Shown: piece after piece, positions 1-13,800 of the stretch | Numbering within the stretch: position 1 is the stretch's first letter | Layout of the letters: each line of letters starts with the position of its first letter | Source: Mobula hypostoma | Taxonomy: Eukaryota | Assembly: GCF_963921235.1 (NCBI RefSeq) | Contig: NC_086117.1 | Location: 52,018,001 to 52,082,000, forward strand | Length of the DNA stretch: 64,000 nt | Direction of reading: 5' to 3' | Program-made: the position numbers and the translations under genes | The notes under the pieces: generated by a model | The model's database searches: none | What the model was told of the DNA's origin: nothing | What the model saw: the letters and a program-made list of their open reading frames with translations, nothing else

Positions 1-1340
1 AGGTAGAGGTACTTGGTATCAAGGTACTTGGAGACTAGTGATAAAATAAGTCAAGGTCAGCATGGTTTCTGTAAAGGGAAATTTTGCCTGACAAATCTGT
101 GAGAGTTCTTCAAGGAAGTAACAAGCAGGGTGGACAAAGGAGAGGCAGTAGATGTCACTTACTTAGATCTTCAAAAGGCATTTGAGAAAAGGTGCCACAT
201 GAGGCTGCTTAACAAGATAAAATTCTATGGCGTAACAGGAAAGATACTTGCATGGATAATGGAATGGCTGACAGGCAGGAGGCAGTGAGTGGGAATAAAA
301 GGGTTTTTTTCTGGTTGGCTATGAGTGACTAGTGGCGTTCCTCAGAGGTCAGTATTGGGACCGCTACTTTTCACATTGTTTGTCAATGATTTGGATAATG
401 GAATTGATGGCTTTGTGGCAAAGTTTGCAGATGATACAAAGATAAGTGGAGGGGTAGGTAGTGCTGAGGAAGCAATTTGATTGCAGCAGGACTTAGACAA
501 ATTGGAAGAATGGGCAAAAAAGTGGCAGGTGGAATGCAGTATTGGGAAATGTATGATAATGCATTTTGGTAAAAGTGTGGACTATTACCTACATGTGGAG
601 AAGGTTCAAACATCAGAGGTACAGAGGGACTTGGGAGCCCTCATGCAAGACTCCCAGAAGGTTAATTTACAGGTTGAGTCTGTGGCAAAGAAGGCAAATG
701 CACTGTTGGCATTCATTTCAAGGGGAATAGAATATAAAAGCAAGGAGAGAATGCTGAGCCTTTATAAGACACTAGTCAGGCCGCACTTGGAGGATTGTCA
801 ACAGTTTTGGGCCCCATATCTCAAAAAGGATGTATTACCATTGGAGGGAGTCCAGAGGAGGTTCACGAGAATTATTCCAGGAATGAAGAGGTTAACATAT
901 GAGGAGCATTTGGCAGCTTTAGGCCTGTACTCACTGGAACTTAGAAGAATGCAGGGGATCTCATTGAAACCTACCGAATGTTGAAAGGACTAGATAGGGT
1001 GGATGTGAAGAGGATGTTTCCTTTGATGAGGGGATCCAGAACTAGAGGGCACAGCCTCAAAATTAAGGAGCGACCCTTTACAACAGAGGTAAGGAGGAAT
1101 TTTCTTTAGCCAGAGAGCAGTGAATCTGTGGAATGCTCTGCCACAGACTGCGGTGGAGGACAAGTCTGTGAGGATACTTAAGGCGGAAGTTGATTTATTC
1201 CTGATTGGTTAGAACAACAAAGGATATAGCGAGAAGGCAGGTGTATGGGGTTGAGTGGGATCCGGGATCAGCCATGATGGAATGGCAAAGCAGACTCGAA
1301 AGGATGAATGGCCTAATTCTGCTCCTATGTCTTATGGACC
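1..1340 (+). mobile_element. CR1-type LINE, 3' part of ORF2 (RT) and 3' tail, degenerate
   Basis: Remnants of YLDxQKAF, SGVPQxSVLGP and KFADDTK motifs; ORF 481-984 has [18 protein letters not shown]; ends in the typical cctatgtcttatgg tail; frameshifted. Confidence 0.9.
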
Positions 1341-1739
1341 ATACTGTGATTGGGAATTCTAACTGGTTATTTAGTGAGATCTGTAATTTTCATTAGATTT
1401 CAACCAACTCTCACTGGAAGCAAATTCCCCAAGTGCAGGCAAACATCAGTGTGGAGGGGTTATCAGAGGGAGGGAATCTGAGGAGAAGAGCAATGAAGAT
1501 GGGGGGATAGAGGGAGGGGAGGGTGGGGGAGATGGAAGGGATAAGGTGGATGAAGGTGTATGGAGGATGAAGAAGAGGGGTAATGAAGGGGTGTGGGATT
1601 GGGGTAGAGGAATGGGGTAGGGAGTAAGGCAGGGGAGGGGAGCGTGGTGAGAGGGAAGTAGTGGAGAGAGGAGATGAGGTGGTTGATGGGAGGAGGGAGA
1701 GGATGAGGTGAGAGTGTGCAAGGGATGTAGGGAATGAGG

Positions 1740-4530
1740 CGGGGATGGGAATGTGGTGGAGAGGGGATGAGATGGTGAGAGTGTGCGGGGATGAAGAAAG
1801 GGGTCTGATTTAGGGGAATGGGCTGGGGTATAGGAGGCGGGGAAGGGAATGTGGTGGTGAGAGTGTGCGGGGATGAAGAAAGGGGTGTGATTTAGGGGAA
1901 TGGGGTGGGGTATAGGAGGCGGGGGAAGGGAATGTGGTGGTGAGAGTGTGCGGGGATGAAGAAAGGGGTGTGATTTAGGGGAATGGGTGGGGGATAGGAG
2001 GCAGGGGAGGGGAATGTGGTGGTGAGAGTGTGCGGGGATGAAGAAAGGGGTGTGATTTAGGGGAATGGGCTGGGGGATAGGAGGCGGGGGAAGGGAATGT
2101 GGTGGTGAGAGTGTGCGGGGATGAAGAAAGGGGTGTGATTTAGGGGAATGGGGTGGGATATAGGAGGCAGGGGAGGGGAATGTGGTGGTGAGAGTGTGCG
2201 GGGATGAAGAAAGGGGTCTGATTTCGGGGAATGGGGTGGGGGATAGAAGGCAGGGGAGGGGAATGTGGTGGTGAGAGTGTGCGGGGATGAAGAAAGGGGT
2301 GTGATTTAGGGGAATGGGGTGGGGTATAGGAGGTGGGGGAAGGGAATGTGGTGGTAAGAGTGTGCGGGGATGAAGAAAGGGGTGTGATTTGGGGAATGGG
2401 CTGGGGGATAGGAGGCAGGGGAGGGGAATGTGGTGGTGAGAGTGTGCGGGGATGAAGAAAGGGGTGTGATTTAGGGGAATGGGCTGGGGGATAGGAGGCA
2501 GGGGAAGGGAATGTGGTGGTGAGAGTGTGCGGGGATGAAGAAAGGGGTCTGATTTCGGGGAATGGGGTGGGGGATAGAAAGCAGGGGAGGGGAATGTGGT
2601 GGTGAGAGTGTGCGGGGATGAAGAAAGGGGTGTGATTTAGGGGAATGGGGTGGGGTATAGGAGGTGGGGGAAGGGAATGTGGTGGTAAGAGTGTGCGGGG
2701 ATGAAGAAAGGGGTGTGATTTGGGGAATGGGCTGGGGGATAGGAGGCAGGGGAGGGGAATGTGGTGGTGAGAGTGTGCGGGGATGAAGAAAGGGGTGTGA
2801 TTTAGGGGAATGGGCTGGGGGATAGGAGGCAGGGGAAGGGAATGTGGTGGTGTGAGTGTGCGGGGGTGAAGAAAGGGGTGTGATTTAGGGGAATGGGGTG
2901 GGGTATAGGAGGCGGGGGAAGGGAATGTGGTGATGAGAGTGTGCGGGGATGAAGAAAGGGGTGTGATTTAGGGGAATGGGGTGGGGTACAGGAGGCGGGG
3001 AGGGGAATGTGGTGGTGAGAGTGTGCGGGGATGAAGAAAGGGGTGTGATTTAGGGGAATGGGCTGGGGGATAGGAGGCAGGGGAGGGGAATGTGGTGGTG
3101 AGACTGCGGGGATGAAGAAAGGGGTGTGATTTAGGGGAATGGGTTGGGGGATAGGAGGCAGGGGAGGGGAATGTGGTGGTGAGAGTGTGCGGGGATGAAG
3201 AAAGGGGTGTGATTTAGGGGAATGGGGTGGGGTATTGGAGGCAGGGCAGGAGAATGTGGTGGTGAGAGTGTGCGGGTTGAAGGGGTGTGATTTAGGGGAA
3301 TGGGCTGGGGATAGGAGGCAGGGGAGGGGAATGTGGTGATGAGAGTGTGCGGGGATGAAGGAAGGGGTGTGATTTAGGGGAATGGGGTGGGGTATAGGAG
3401 GCAGGGGAGGGGAATGTGGTGGGGTATAGGAGGCAGGGGAGGGGAATGTGGTGGTGAGAGTGTGCGGGGATGAAGAAAGGGGTGTGATTTAGGGGAATGG
3501 GGTGGGGTACAGGAGGCAGGGGAGGGGAATGTGGTGGTGAGAGTGTGCGGGGATGAAGAAAGGGGTGTGATTTAGGGGAATGGGCTGGGGGATAGGAGGC
3601 AGGGGAGGGGAATGTGGTGGTGAGACTGTGCGGGGATGAAGAAAGGGGTGTGATTTAGGGGAATGGGTTGGGGGATAGGAGGCAGGGGAGGGGAATGTGG
3701 TGGTGAGAGTGTGCGGGGATGAAGAAAGGGGTGTGATTTAGGGGAATGGGGTGGGGTATAGGAGGCAGGGGAGGGGAATGTGGTGGTGAGAGTGTGCGGG
3801 TTGAAGGGGTGTGATTTAGGGGAATGGGCTGGGGGATAGGAGGCAGGGGAGGGGAATGTGGTGGTGAGAGTGTGCGGGTTGAAGGGGTGTGATTTAGGGG
3901 AATGTGGTGGGGTATAGGAGGCAGGGGAGGGGAATGTGGTGGTGAGAGTGTGAGGGGATGAAGAAAGGGGTGTGATTTAGGGGAATGGGGTGGGGTATAG
4001 GAGGCAGGGGAGGGGAATGTGGTGGTGAGAGTGTGCGGGTTGAAGGGGTGTGATTTAGGGGAATGGGGTGGGGGATAGGAGGCAGGGGAGGGGAATGTGG
4101 TGGTGAGAGTGTGTGGGGATGAAGGAAGGGGTGTGATTTAGGGGAATGGGGTGGGGGATAGGAGGCAGGGGAGGGGAATGTGGTGGTGAGAGTGTGTGGG
4201 GATGAAGGAAGGGGTGTGATTTAGGGGAATGGGGTGGGGTATAGGAGGCAGGGGAGGGTAATGTGGTGGGGTATAGGAGGCAGGGGAGGGGAATGTGGTG
4301 GTGAGAGTGTGAGGGGATGAAGAAAGGGGTGTGATTTAGGGGAATGGGGTGGGGTATAGGAGGCAGGGGAGGGGAATGTGGTGGTGAGAGTGTGCGGGTT
4401 GAAGGGGTGTGATTTAGGGGAATGGGGTGGGGGATAGGAGGCAGGGGAGGGGAATGTGGTGGTGAGAGTGTGAGGGGATGAAGAAAGGGGTGTGATTTAG
4501 GGGAATGGGGTGGGGTATAGGAGGCGGGGG
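1740..4530. repeat. G-rich minisatellite, ~83-bp unit, ~33 copies, in GTF2H3 intron 1
   Basis: Unit ggtgagagtgtgcggggatgaagaaaggggtgtgatttaggggaatggggtggggtataggaggcaggggaggggaatgtggt; gagtgtgc recurs at 1861 and 1944. Confidence 0.95.
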
Positions 4531-4719
4531 AAGGATGAGGAATAAAGGAGAGGGTGATGAAAGGGGTATGATGCTGGGGAGGGGAAGGAGAGGGTATGAA
4601 GGATGGGTGTAGGTCAGGCGGGAAAGGGGAATAAAGAAGAGGGTGATGAAAGGGGGGAACATAGGAGGCGGGAGGGGATCAGGGTAACTGCGGGGCGGAC
4701 ACAGCCGTCACTCACTCAC

Positions 4720-4729
4720 CCGCCGCCAT
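4720..4729 (-). CDS. GTF2H3: Probable first coding exon of TFIIH subunit p34 (ATG GCG GCG G|gtgagt); rest of gene lies left of the window
   Basis: ATG followed by a phase-1 consensus donor in a CpG-rich patch, head-to-head with EIF2B1 as in other vertebrates; only 10 coding nt, so identity rests on synteny. Confidence 0.7.
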
Positions 4730-4865
4730 CACTCCCCCGCCTTTCCAACGCCGCCGCTGGTGCAGCGATGTAACACGTCCGGGTGCCGCCGGCCCGGAAC
4801 CGATGAGCGGCGGCTCCTAGTCGCGGGGGAAGAGTTGTACGCGGTGGTCACGGTGGACCGGCGCG

Positions 4866-4878
4866 ATGGATGAGGAGG
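4866..4878 (+). CDS. EIF2B1: EIF2B1 exon 1 (MDEE)
   Basis: ATG GAT GAG GAG G|gtgggt, phase 1 matches exon 2. Confidence 0.88.
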
Positions 4879-7800
4879 GTGGGTATTGTGCAGGGAGGGG
4901 GCTGGTATTTGGGTTCCCGGGAGATGTGGAGCCGACCGGGAGGGGGAACTAGGCCATGACACCCTGGTAGGTCGGGCAGTGTCTGTGGGAGGCTGAGGAA
5001 ACAGGGAATCCAGAGGGATGTTTCAGTATGGGTGAATTTGATCCATTTTGACAGTGTTGGCCCGACACTCACCCTGACAGGTGGTGTATGTTCATCACAC
5101 TCTTGTAGGTGGAGGCAAGAACTCGGAGAGTTACTCAACACCAGACACCCTGCTCCTGTACATATGGTATTAATGTGACTGGTCTAGTTGAGTTCATGGT
5201 AATGACTTCCTTAGGGTTTTGGTGGTGGAGGAGCCAGCGATGATAATGTCCGAGAATCCATGAGGATCAGCGTTATTTTTTGATGGAGACGGCCAATGTG
5301 GCACAGCTGGTGAGGAACCTTATCTAAGAAAGGATGTGCTGACTTGGAGAGGGTTCGAAGAAGATTCACGAAAATGAATCTGGGATTGAAAGGCTTGTCA
5401 TAGGAGGAGCGTTTGATAGTTCTGGGTCTGTACTCACTGGAATTCAGAAGAATGGGGGCGGGGGGGTCTCATTGAAACCTATCGAGTGTTGAAAGGCCTC
5501 GATAGAATGGATGTAGAGAGGGTATTTCCGATGGTGAGGGAGTCCAGGACCCGAAGGCACAGCCTCAGAATAGAGACTCCTATATCTTGTGATCTAATTA
5601 TGAACTGTCATTCTGTAGCCAGAGTGTTGTCTCAGCTTCAGTGTTTACAGGCCTGGGTTCCTGTACTTGCTGACAGAGTTATGCACGGAATTGATCACGT
5701 ATGCTGATTAAGTATGTATCCTAAATAAGTAATTATCTGTTCCTCAACCAAACGGCAAATTAATTTGACTTTTACAGAGCTTGTGGACTATTTCAAAAAG
5801 CAAATGAAGGAGAATGAAGATGTGGCTTCTGCAGTTGCCGCAATCCGTACCTTGCTGGAGTTTTTGAAGAGAGATAGAGGTAAAAGAAATCTCAGGATCA
5901 GGTTTAGTATGTCACGAAATTAGTTGTCTTTGCGGCAGCAGTACGTAATAGTAGAGAAAAAAGAGACGTGAATTACAGTAAGTGTATAAATATTAAATAG
6001 TTAAGTAAGTAGTGCAAAGATAGGAATAAAAAGGGAGTGAGGTAGTGTTCATGGATTCAATGTCCATTCAGAAATCTAATACCTAATGAGGTTTAGGATA
6101 ACTTCCTGCACCTGTGTTTTATTTCACTGAGACTTAAATGAAACTGTCCGTTCTCCCAAACTTAAATCTCCAGATAAATGTATAAACTGTATAATGTTTA
6201 GGTGCAAGGCAGGATATTATCAAGTATTTTTAGAGTTTTGTCAGTGGATTGACATCCTCAGATTATTGCTGTGTTTTGATAGCCTGTTACACATAGAAAG
6301 CTGAACTGACTACTTCTCTCCCCTACATATACATTGAATATTTCTATTAATGCTGAAAGATATAGGAGCAGAATTAGGCCATTTGGCCCATCAAGTGTGC
6401 TCCGCCATTTCATCATGGCAGATCCATTTCTCTCTCAGCCCCAATCTCCTGCCTTCTCCCCGTATCCTTTCATGCTCTGACTAATCAAGAATCTGTCAAC
6501 CTCTGCCTTATATATCCAATGACTTGGCCTCCACAGCAAGCTATGGCAACAAATTTCATTGATTCACCACCCTCTGACCAAAGAAATTGCTCCTCATCTC
6601 CATTCTAAAAGGATTCCCCTTTATTCTGATGCTGTGTCTTAGACTGCCGCCATCGGAAACATCCTACCCACAGCCACTCTGTCAAGACCTTTCAACATTC
6701 AATAGGTTTCAATAAGATCTTCCCTCATTCCTCTGAATTCCAGTGAGTACAGGCCTAGAGTCATCAAACTCTCCTTATACGATAAGCCTTTCAATCCCAG
6801 AATTATTTTCATAAACCTTCTTTGAACCCTCTCCAGTGTCAGCACATCCTTTCTTAGATAAGGGGCCCAAAACCACTCTCAATACTCCATGAGGCCTCAC
6901 CAGTGTTTTATAAAGCCTCAGCATTACATCCTTGCTTTTATATTCTAGTTCTCTTGAAATGAATGCTACATTTGCCTTCCTCACCAGCGACTCAACCTGC
7001 GAATTAACCCAGGGAATCTTGCACACAGACTTCCAAGTCCCTTTGCACCTCTGATCTTTGAAATTCCCGTTCATTTAGAAAATAGTCTCTTTTATTCCAC
7101 CACATCAAACAAGAACTCATTGCCTCAGATCCAGAGGGTGGTGAATCTGTGGAATTAATTGCTACGGATGGCTGTGGAGACCAGATCATTGGATATGTTT
7201 AAAGAGGAGATTGATAGGTTTTTGATTAGTAAAGGTGATGTGAACAAGGCAGGATAATGGGGTTGACCGGGGGGTGGAGGGGGGAATCAGCCGTGATAAA
7301 ATAGTGGAGCAGACTCAATGGCCTAACTCTGCTCTCGTGTCGCATGCTGTTCAAGTTGTTCCCTGTGCCTGCTTCTTGGATTAGGTGAGACCATTCAAGG
7401 GCTGAGAGAGAATCTGAAGGAAGCCATTAAAATCCTGAGCAGTGTAGAGTCGTCAGTGGCAGTATCGTCAGGTGGCGAACTCTTCCTCCGCTTCATCAGT
7501 CTTACGTCGCTGGAACACCCGGTACGTACACCTTTGTGAATCTATGAATGTGGGCTACAGCATTCCCCACCAAACGCCTCTCCACTTGAAATCATCCATG
7601 AAACCTAACTCTTAGACTAAACCTTCACTCACATCTGCTGTGTCTGCCTACGTGGGTTAATACCGCCTTTCTATTCTGGCGTCTTCCCCCTTCATCTTCA
7701 GTCCTGAAGAAGGGTCTTGGCCTCAAACATCAGCTGCTTATTCATTGCCACAGATGCTGCCGGACCTGCTGAGTTCTTCCAGCATTCTGTGTGCGTTGCT

Positions 7801-10800
7801 CTGGATTTCCAGCATTGGCGGAACCTCTTGTGTTTGTGTGCTCCTCTGACATGCCTCGTGCTGCCGCAGGCTTGTTTGAGTGTGTGTTCCTCGGAGGGTC
7901 GACGTTGTTCCAATGGACCTTGCTGAGGTGCAGTGGTGCGTCCAGCCCTGTCAGCTGTTGGTAACAAACATCAGCAAACTACGAGCGGACTACTGACCAG
8001 ACCCCAGCCCTGAAATCAGTGAGCCCACCTCACCGAATGGGACTTCTGACCCCACCATGTTGGATAAAGTGGGTGGATGTGCAGACCGGTGACCATAGCC
8101 CATCTCTGCAGATCAGGGAGCCCACCCTGCCAAGTGGGACTTATGACTCCACTGTGTTTGATAAAGTGGGTTGATGCAAGTCTCCAATAAGGGTAAATAT
8201 CTTCATCTTTAAAAGCTCCAGTTCATTGCGTTCCATGAGTTAGAACAAATTTTATTTTATAACAGGACCTCCAAGGCGCCCATCCCGAAGTGAAGGGCTG
8301 TGTAACGTGTGTGTATAGAGAGCGGCATTTTCTGTCTCTGTCCCAGTACGAGGTGGACAGCTGCATTACACTGTCCGTATCCCGGTACAGGGCGAACCGC
8401 ACTGCTTCACATTGCAGCAAAGCACGATACTGACCCCCTCCCGTAACGTGAGGGTTATCCGTACCGTTTCACCCCAAGGCAAAGCACGATACTGACCCCC
8501 TCCCGTAACGTGAGGGTTATCCGTACCGTTTCACCCCAAGGCAAAGCACGATACTGACCCCCTCCCGTAACGTGAGGGTTATCCGTACCGTTTCACCCCA
8601 AGGCAAAGCACGATACTGACCCCCTCCCGTAACGTGAGGGTTATCCGTACCGTTTCACCCCAAGGCAAAGCACGATACTGACCCCCTCCCGTAACGTGAG
8701 GGTTATCTGTACCGTTTCACCCCAAGGCAAAGCACGATACTGACCCCCTCTCCCTTAATGTGAGGGTTATCTGTACCGTTTCACCCCAAGGCAAAGCACG
8801 ATACTGACCCCCTCCCGTAACGTGAGGGTTATCCGTACCGTTTCACCCCAAGGCAAAGCACGATACTGACCCCCTCCCGTAACGTGAGGGTTATCCGTAC
8901 CGTTTCACCCCAAGGCAAAGCACGATACTGACCCCCTCTCCCATAATGTGAGGGTTATCTGTACCGTTTCACCCCAAGGCAAAGCACGATACTGACCCCC
9001 TCCCGTAACGTGAGGGTTATCCGTACCGTTTCACCCCAAGGCAAAGCACGATACTGACCCCCTCTCCCATAATGTGAGGGTTATCTGTACCGTTTCACCC
9101 CAAGGCAAAGCACGATACTGACCCCCTCCCGTAACGTGAGGGTAATTCGTTTGTTTCACCTCACAGCAAAGCACGATACTGACCCCTCACCGATAACGTG
9201 AGGGTAATCCGTTTGTTTCATCTCACAGCAAAGCACGATACCGACCCCCCGCCCGTAACGTGAGGGTAATCCGTTTGTTTCACCCCAAGGCAAAGCACGA
9301 TACTGACCCCCCCCACCCGTAACGCGAGGGTAATCTGTACTGTCACAGCCCTCCTCAGCCAGAGGTACAACAGTGTCATCAGCAGGAGTACTCATAAAAT
9401 TTGAAGGAGGCTCATCGACGGGGACAGTCAAGATAGAAACAACAATGTCTAAGTTTGAAATCTGGGCTGAATTATCCCCTCTGAGCCTGACTGATTATCC
9501 GTAGGAGATTGTGTACAAGATTGTTCTAACTGAGTTTAAACTCTTTCCCTGTAGGATTACTCAATATGCAAAAAGACGATGATAGACAGAGGGGAGCTTT
9601 ACTTGGAAAAAATTTCTGTTTCAAGGGATAAGATTGCAAACCTGTGTTCTGCCTTTATAAACGATGGCGCAGTAAGTACTGAATTAGTTGTATGAGACCC
9701 TCTTCATCCTTTTCCCACCATTCACCCTTCCTGCAGATCCCCCATGTGACAATATTGATGGGAGTCACTGTCGGTGTCTGTTTGTGTTCAGTGTGACCCC
9801 ACATTTGCTTTTGAGAAACCTCTGGTTCACTTGAGGTGTTGTAGGAGGCTATTAGCAAATGGTGATTATGGGTTAATATTGAGGCTTTGAACTCTGGTAG
9901 ATACAGATCTTTGCTACAAATGTCGTACCGAAAGATCTGCTGTTAAGCTGGCTTCCCTCTCTTAACATCCTTGAATAAAGTAACTTCCAATCTCTCTTTA
10001 AACAACTTCGACAGTGTTAGATCACAGTCATGGTTAAGTCCACTATAAGTCGTGTTATTTTCACGTGAAGACCATTTGGGTGCTTCTGGTGTATTTTTTT
10101 AGACTCTCGTGTACTGGTGACATTTCTCAAAACAGGAATATAATCTGGCAGCTCTGAACATCGGAAGCCTCAGCGTCCCATCCCTGTCACTTACCAAGTT
10201 CCCATGTAGAATCCTAACTGTTTCAGAATCCAAAGACATACGGGTTAATGGGTTCATTGGTCACACGGGTGTAATTGGGTGGTGTGTGCTCACTGGGCTA
10301 GAAAGGCCTGTTACCGTGCTATGTCTCGAAATAAAAATCCTTTAGTTTCCTTTTACAAAGAAACTCTTGTCCTTCATTGGGTACTTTGTATGGGTTAAAA
10401 TCAGAGACAATTATCCTCATTGATCTTTAACTTCATAGCACATTGTGTTTACATGGTGTGTCTGCAGGTTGATGAAATGTTTAACTTCAGCGTGTTCTGT
10501 TTACCCGGTCTGCAGTTGGAGTAATCCGTCTTCCCTTCCCTCCTAGAAAATCTTGACCCACTCTTCCTCACGAGTGGTCCTGCGAGTGCTGGAGAAAGCG
10601 GCCAAGGCCAAGAAACGCTTCAGTGTCTACATCACAGAATCGCAACCTGATTCTTCAGGGTAAGCTCTGTTGTTCGGAGTGCCTGCCACTCGTTAGTCAC
10701 CTGGAGAAGCTCCTGATCACTGTATTATCAGAATTGGGTTTAATATCACCGGCATAAATCATGAAATTTGCTGTTTTTGTGTCAACGGTACACTGCAAAA

Positions 10801-13800
10801 TGTGGAAAAAATTGTGAATTACAGTAAATATTTATATTAGTTAAATTAAATTAGTACAAAAATAAAAATTTTAAAAGTACGGACGTAGTGTTCATGGGTT
10901 CAATGTCCTGGATACTACAGAGGCAAGTGCTCGTGAAGGATCTGACTAAACTTAAAACTCAAAGCCATTTAGTTCGTCCTGTGCAGTAGCCCCCATACCA
11001 GACGGTGATGCAGCCAGTTAAAATGCGCTCCAAGGCAGATTTGTAGAAATTTGGTGGCATATCAAATTTCCTCAGATGATATTGCTCCCTGGCATTAAAA
11101 AGTTTGGAACCCCTGTTATATAAAATGTTTGTTGGTTCAAGGTCAGAATAGAGGGATGTACATTTAGAATGGAGATGAGGTGGAATTTCTTTCAACAGAG
11201 GATGGCGAATCTGTGGAATTCATTGACAGATGGCTGTGAAGGCCAAGTCATTGAGTAATATTTAAAGTGGAGGTTGATAGATTCTTCATTAGTTTGGGCA
11301 TTAGAGGTTACAGGGAGAACACAGGAGAATGGGATTGAGAGGGATAATAAATTAGCCATGATGGAATGGCTGAGCCAATTCAATGGGCTGAATGGCCTAA
11401 TTCTGCTCCTATGTCTTATGGTCTTATGTCTGACGTGCTACAAAGGAAATGGAATCAGACAGTTGCAATCACAAAGTTTAAGACACGTTTCTTCAGAAAT
11501 TTAAATAGACAAGGCACAGTAAGCTACTGATATAGTGCAGGGAAATGGGATTAGTGTAGATGGGTAAAGATGTTGGCATTCACATGATGGGCTGAAGGGC
11601 CTGTTTGCTGCACAGCTATCCAATCTCAAAAATAAACTTTACTGTTTGTCTTCCAGACTTAAAAGTGCAGAAAGACTGAGGAGGTTGAACATCCCAGTGA
11701 CGGTGATCTTGGATGCTTCAGTTGGGTACGTTCTCGGTGGAGAGTTGCAAGGAGTGTTGTTTGACCAGTTTGAAGACGTTATCTACACCATGCTGATGCA
11801 GTTGGAGAAACTCTCTGTAGATCAGCACCTGAATTGTTTGCCTTTGTTTGCAGGTACATTATGGAGAAGGTGGATCTGCTGTTGGTTGGAGCGGAGGGAG
11901 TGGTAGAAAGTGGCGGAATTATTAACAAGGTGACGGTTTCTTCCTGTGAACAGAATCTAACCTGCTCCCTATTCATCAGACCGAGAAATGAATCAGAAAT
12001 ATGAATCCTTCAACCCTCAGCTTCGTTGAATTGTGGATGTTGTTTGAGCTGGGGTGTAGAAAGAGTAGAGAAGTGCACTTAAGCACACATGCTTGAGGTG
12101 TGTCAGTGTTGATGGTCAGCGAGGAGGCCTGGCCTATCATAAAGATTTGCCCTGTTGGATTTTCACCAGCTGTGTGACAGGAGGGGTATAAACGCTCAGA
12201 TTTGAAGGGTCTGATCTTTAGTCCCAGTGTGCGGTACATTGTGCCAGTTGTGGGGGAAACGTTCTCCCCATTTACACTGAAACCATGGCAATTCCAAGAA
12301 CAGACATCAGTCTGTTCCTATTTCTGTTTGCAAAAGAGCGTATGCCTGTGCAAAGTTGTCCTCACGAGATCTGTGAAGTTCAGCTACATCAGAGGTTCCT
12401 ACCCAGGGTTCACGGACCCCTTGGTCTGTGGCAAAATAAAGGTTGGGAACCCCCGAGCTACATGAAGGGTGACGTTTGTTTTTCTCCCCCTCTTTGCAGA
12501 TTGGAACATACCAAATGGCAGTATGTGGAAAATCACACAACAAACCCTTCTACGTGGTGGCTGAGAGTTTCAAATTCGTCCGGCTTTACCCCCTCAATCA
12601 GCAAGATGTCCCTGATCGCTTTAAGGTGAGAAACAGGAGTTCAAGATGAAGGTTTTTTTTCATACCTTTGGTCAATATTTTGGTTAATGAGATCATACTT
12701 ATCTCAGTTAATCATTGTACTCAAAACCTGATATCTTTCACTGATGCGAGTTTCTGCTTTGGGCATTTCACAAGAAGTGCAAAACCTCGTTATGTATTTT
12801 CGCTAACATTGTAATGAATTGCACTTCTGACATTCCCTGGGAGTAGGGAGTGCACGATTCAGATAACCATACCTTCCTTTAAAAGATAATGGCTCCATGG
12901 CAACAGAGTAGGGCAATGGGATTAGGTTGGAATTGATACAGGCCCATGGGAAATATGACAGCAATTTAGACCATAGACAAAGGAGCAGGATAAGGCCATT
13001 TGGCCCATCAGGATTGTTCTGCCGTTCCATCATGGCTGATTTATTATCCCTTTCAACCTCATCCTCCTGCCTTCTCCCCGTAACCTTCCATGTCCTTACT
13101 GATCAAGGACATTTCAACCTCTGCTTTAACTATACTCGATGACTTGGCCTCCAGTCATCTGTGGCAATGAATTCCACATATTCATCAACCTCTGGTTAAA
13201 GAAATTCCTCCTCATCTCCTTTCTAAATGGACGTCCCTCTATTCTGAGACTGTGCCTCTGGTCCTAGACTCCCCCACTCCAGGAAATATCCTCGCTACAT
13301 CCACTCCACTTAGGCCTTTCAATATTCAACAAGTTTCATTGAGATCCCCTCATCATTCTATCAAACTCCATTGAGTACAGGCCCAGAGCCATCAAATGCT
13401 CCTCATACATTAAACCATAGGTTCCCAACTTTCTGGTTTAATAGTATTGGTCCATGGCATAAAAAAGGTTGGGAACTTCTGTTATACAGAATGCTTGATT
13501 GTTCAAGGTCTATACTTACTGGAGTTCAGAAGAATGAGGGGGATCTCATTGAAACTTATCAAATGTTGAAAGGCTTCGATAGAGTGGATGTGGAGGAACC
13601 CACACTTAATAGCATTGGTCCATGGCATAAGAAGGTTGTGAACCCCTGTGTTAACCCTTTGATGATGGCTCTGGTGAAGATCCAGCACATAACAAATGTA
13701 AAAGCTGTATGATGCTAGTTGTTTATTTTTCATTTACAGTACACAGCAGAGATATTAAAATCGGCAAAGAACCTTGCAGAAGAGCATCCCACGGTGGACT

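Larger units (their letters stand above)
4690..4950. promoter_or_regulatory. CpG-rich bidirectional promoter GTF2H3/EIF2B1
   Basis: High CpG density; divergent ATGs at 4729 and 4866; ETS-like CCGGAA at 4794-4799; YY1-like GATGGCGGC over the minus-strand ATG. Confidence 0.75.

Noticed and set aside
1740-4530. Interstitial telomeric repeat
   Set aside because: Only one TTAGGG per 83-bp unit, never in tandem
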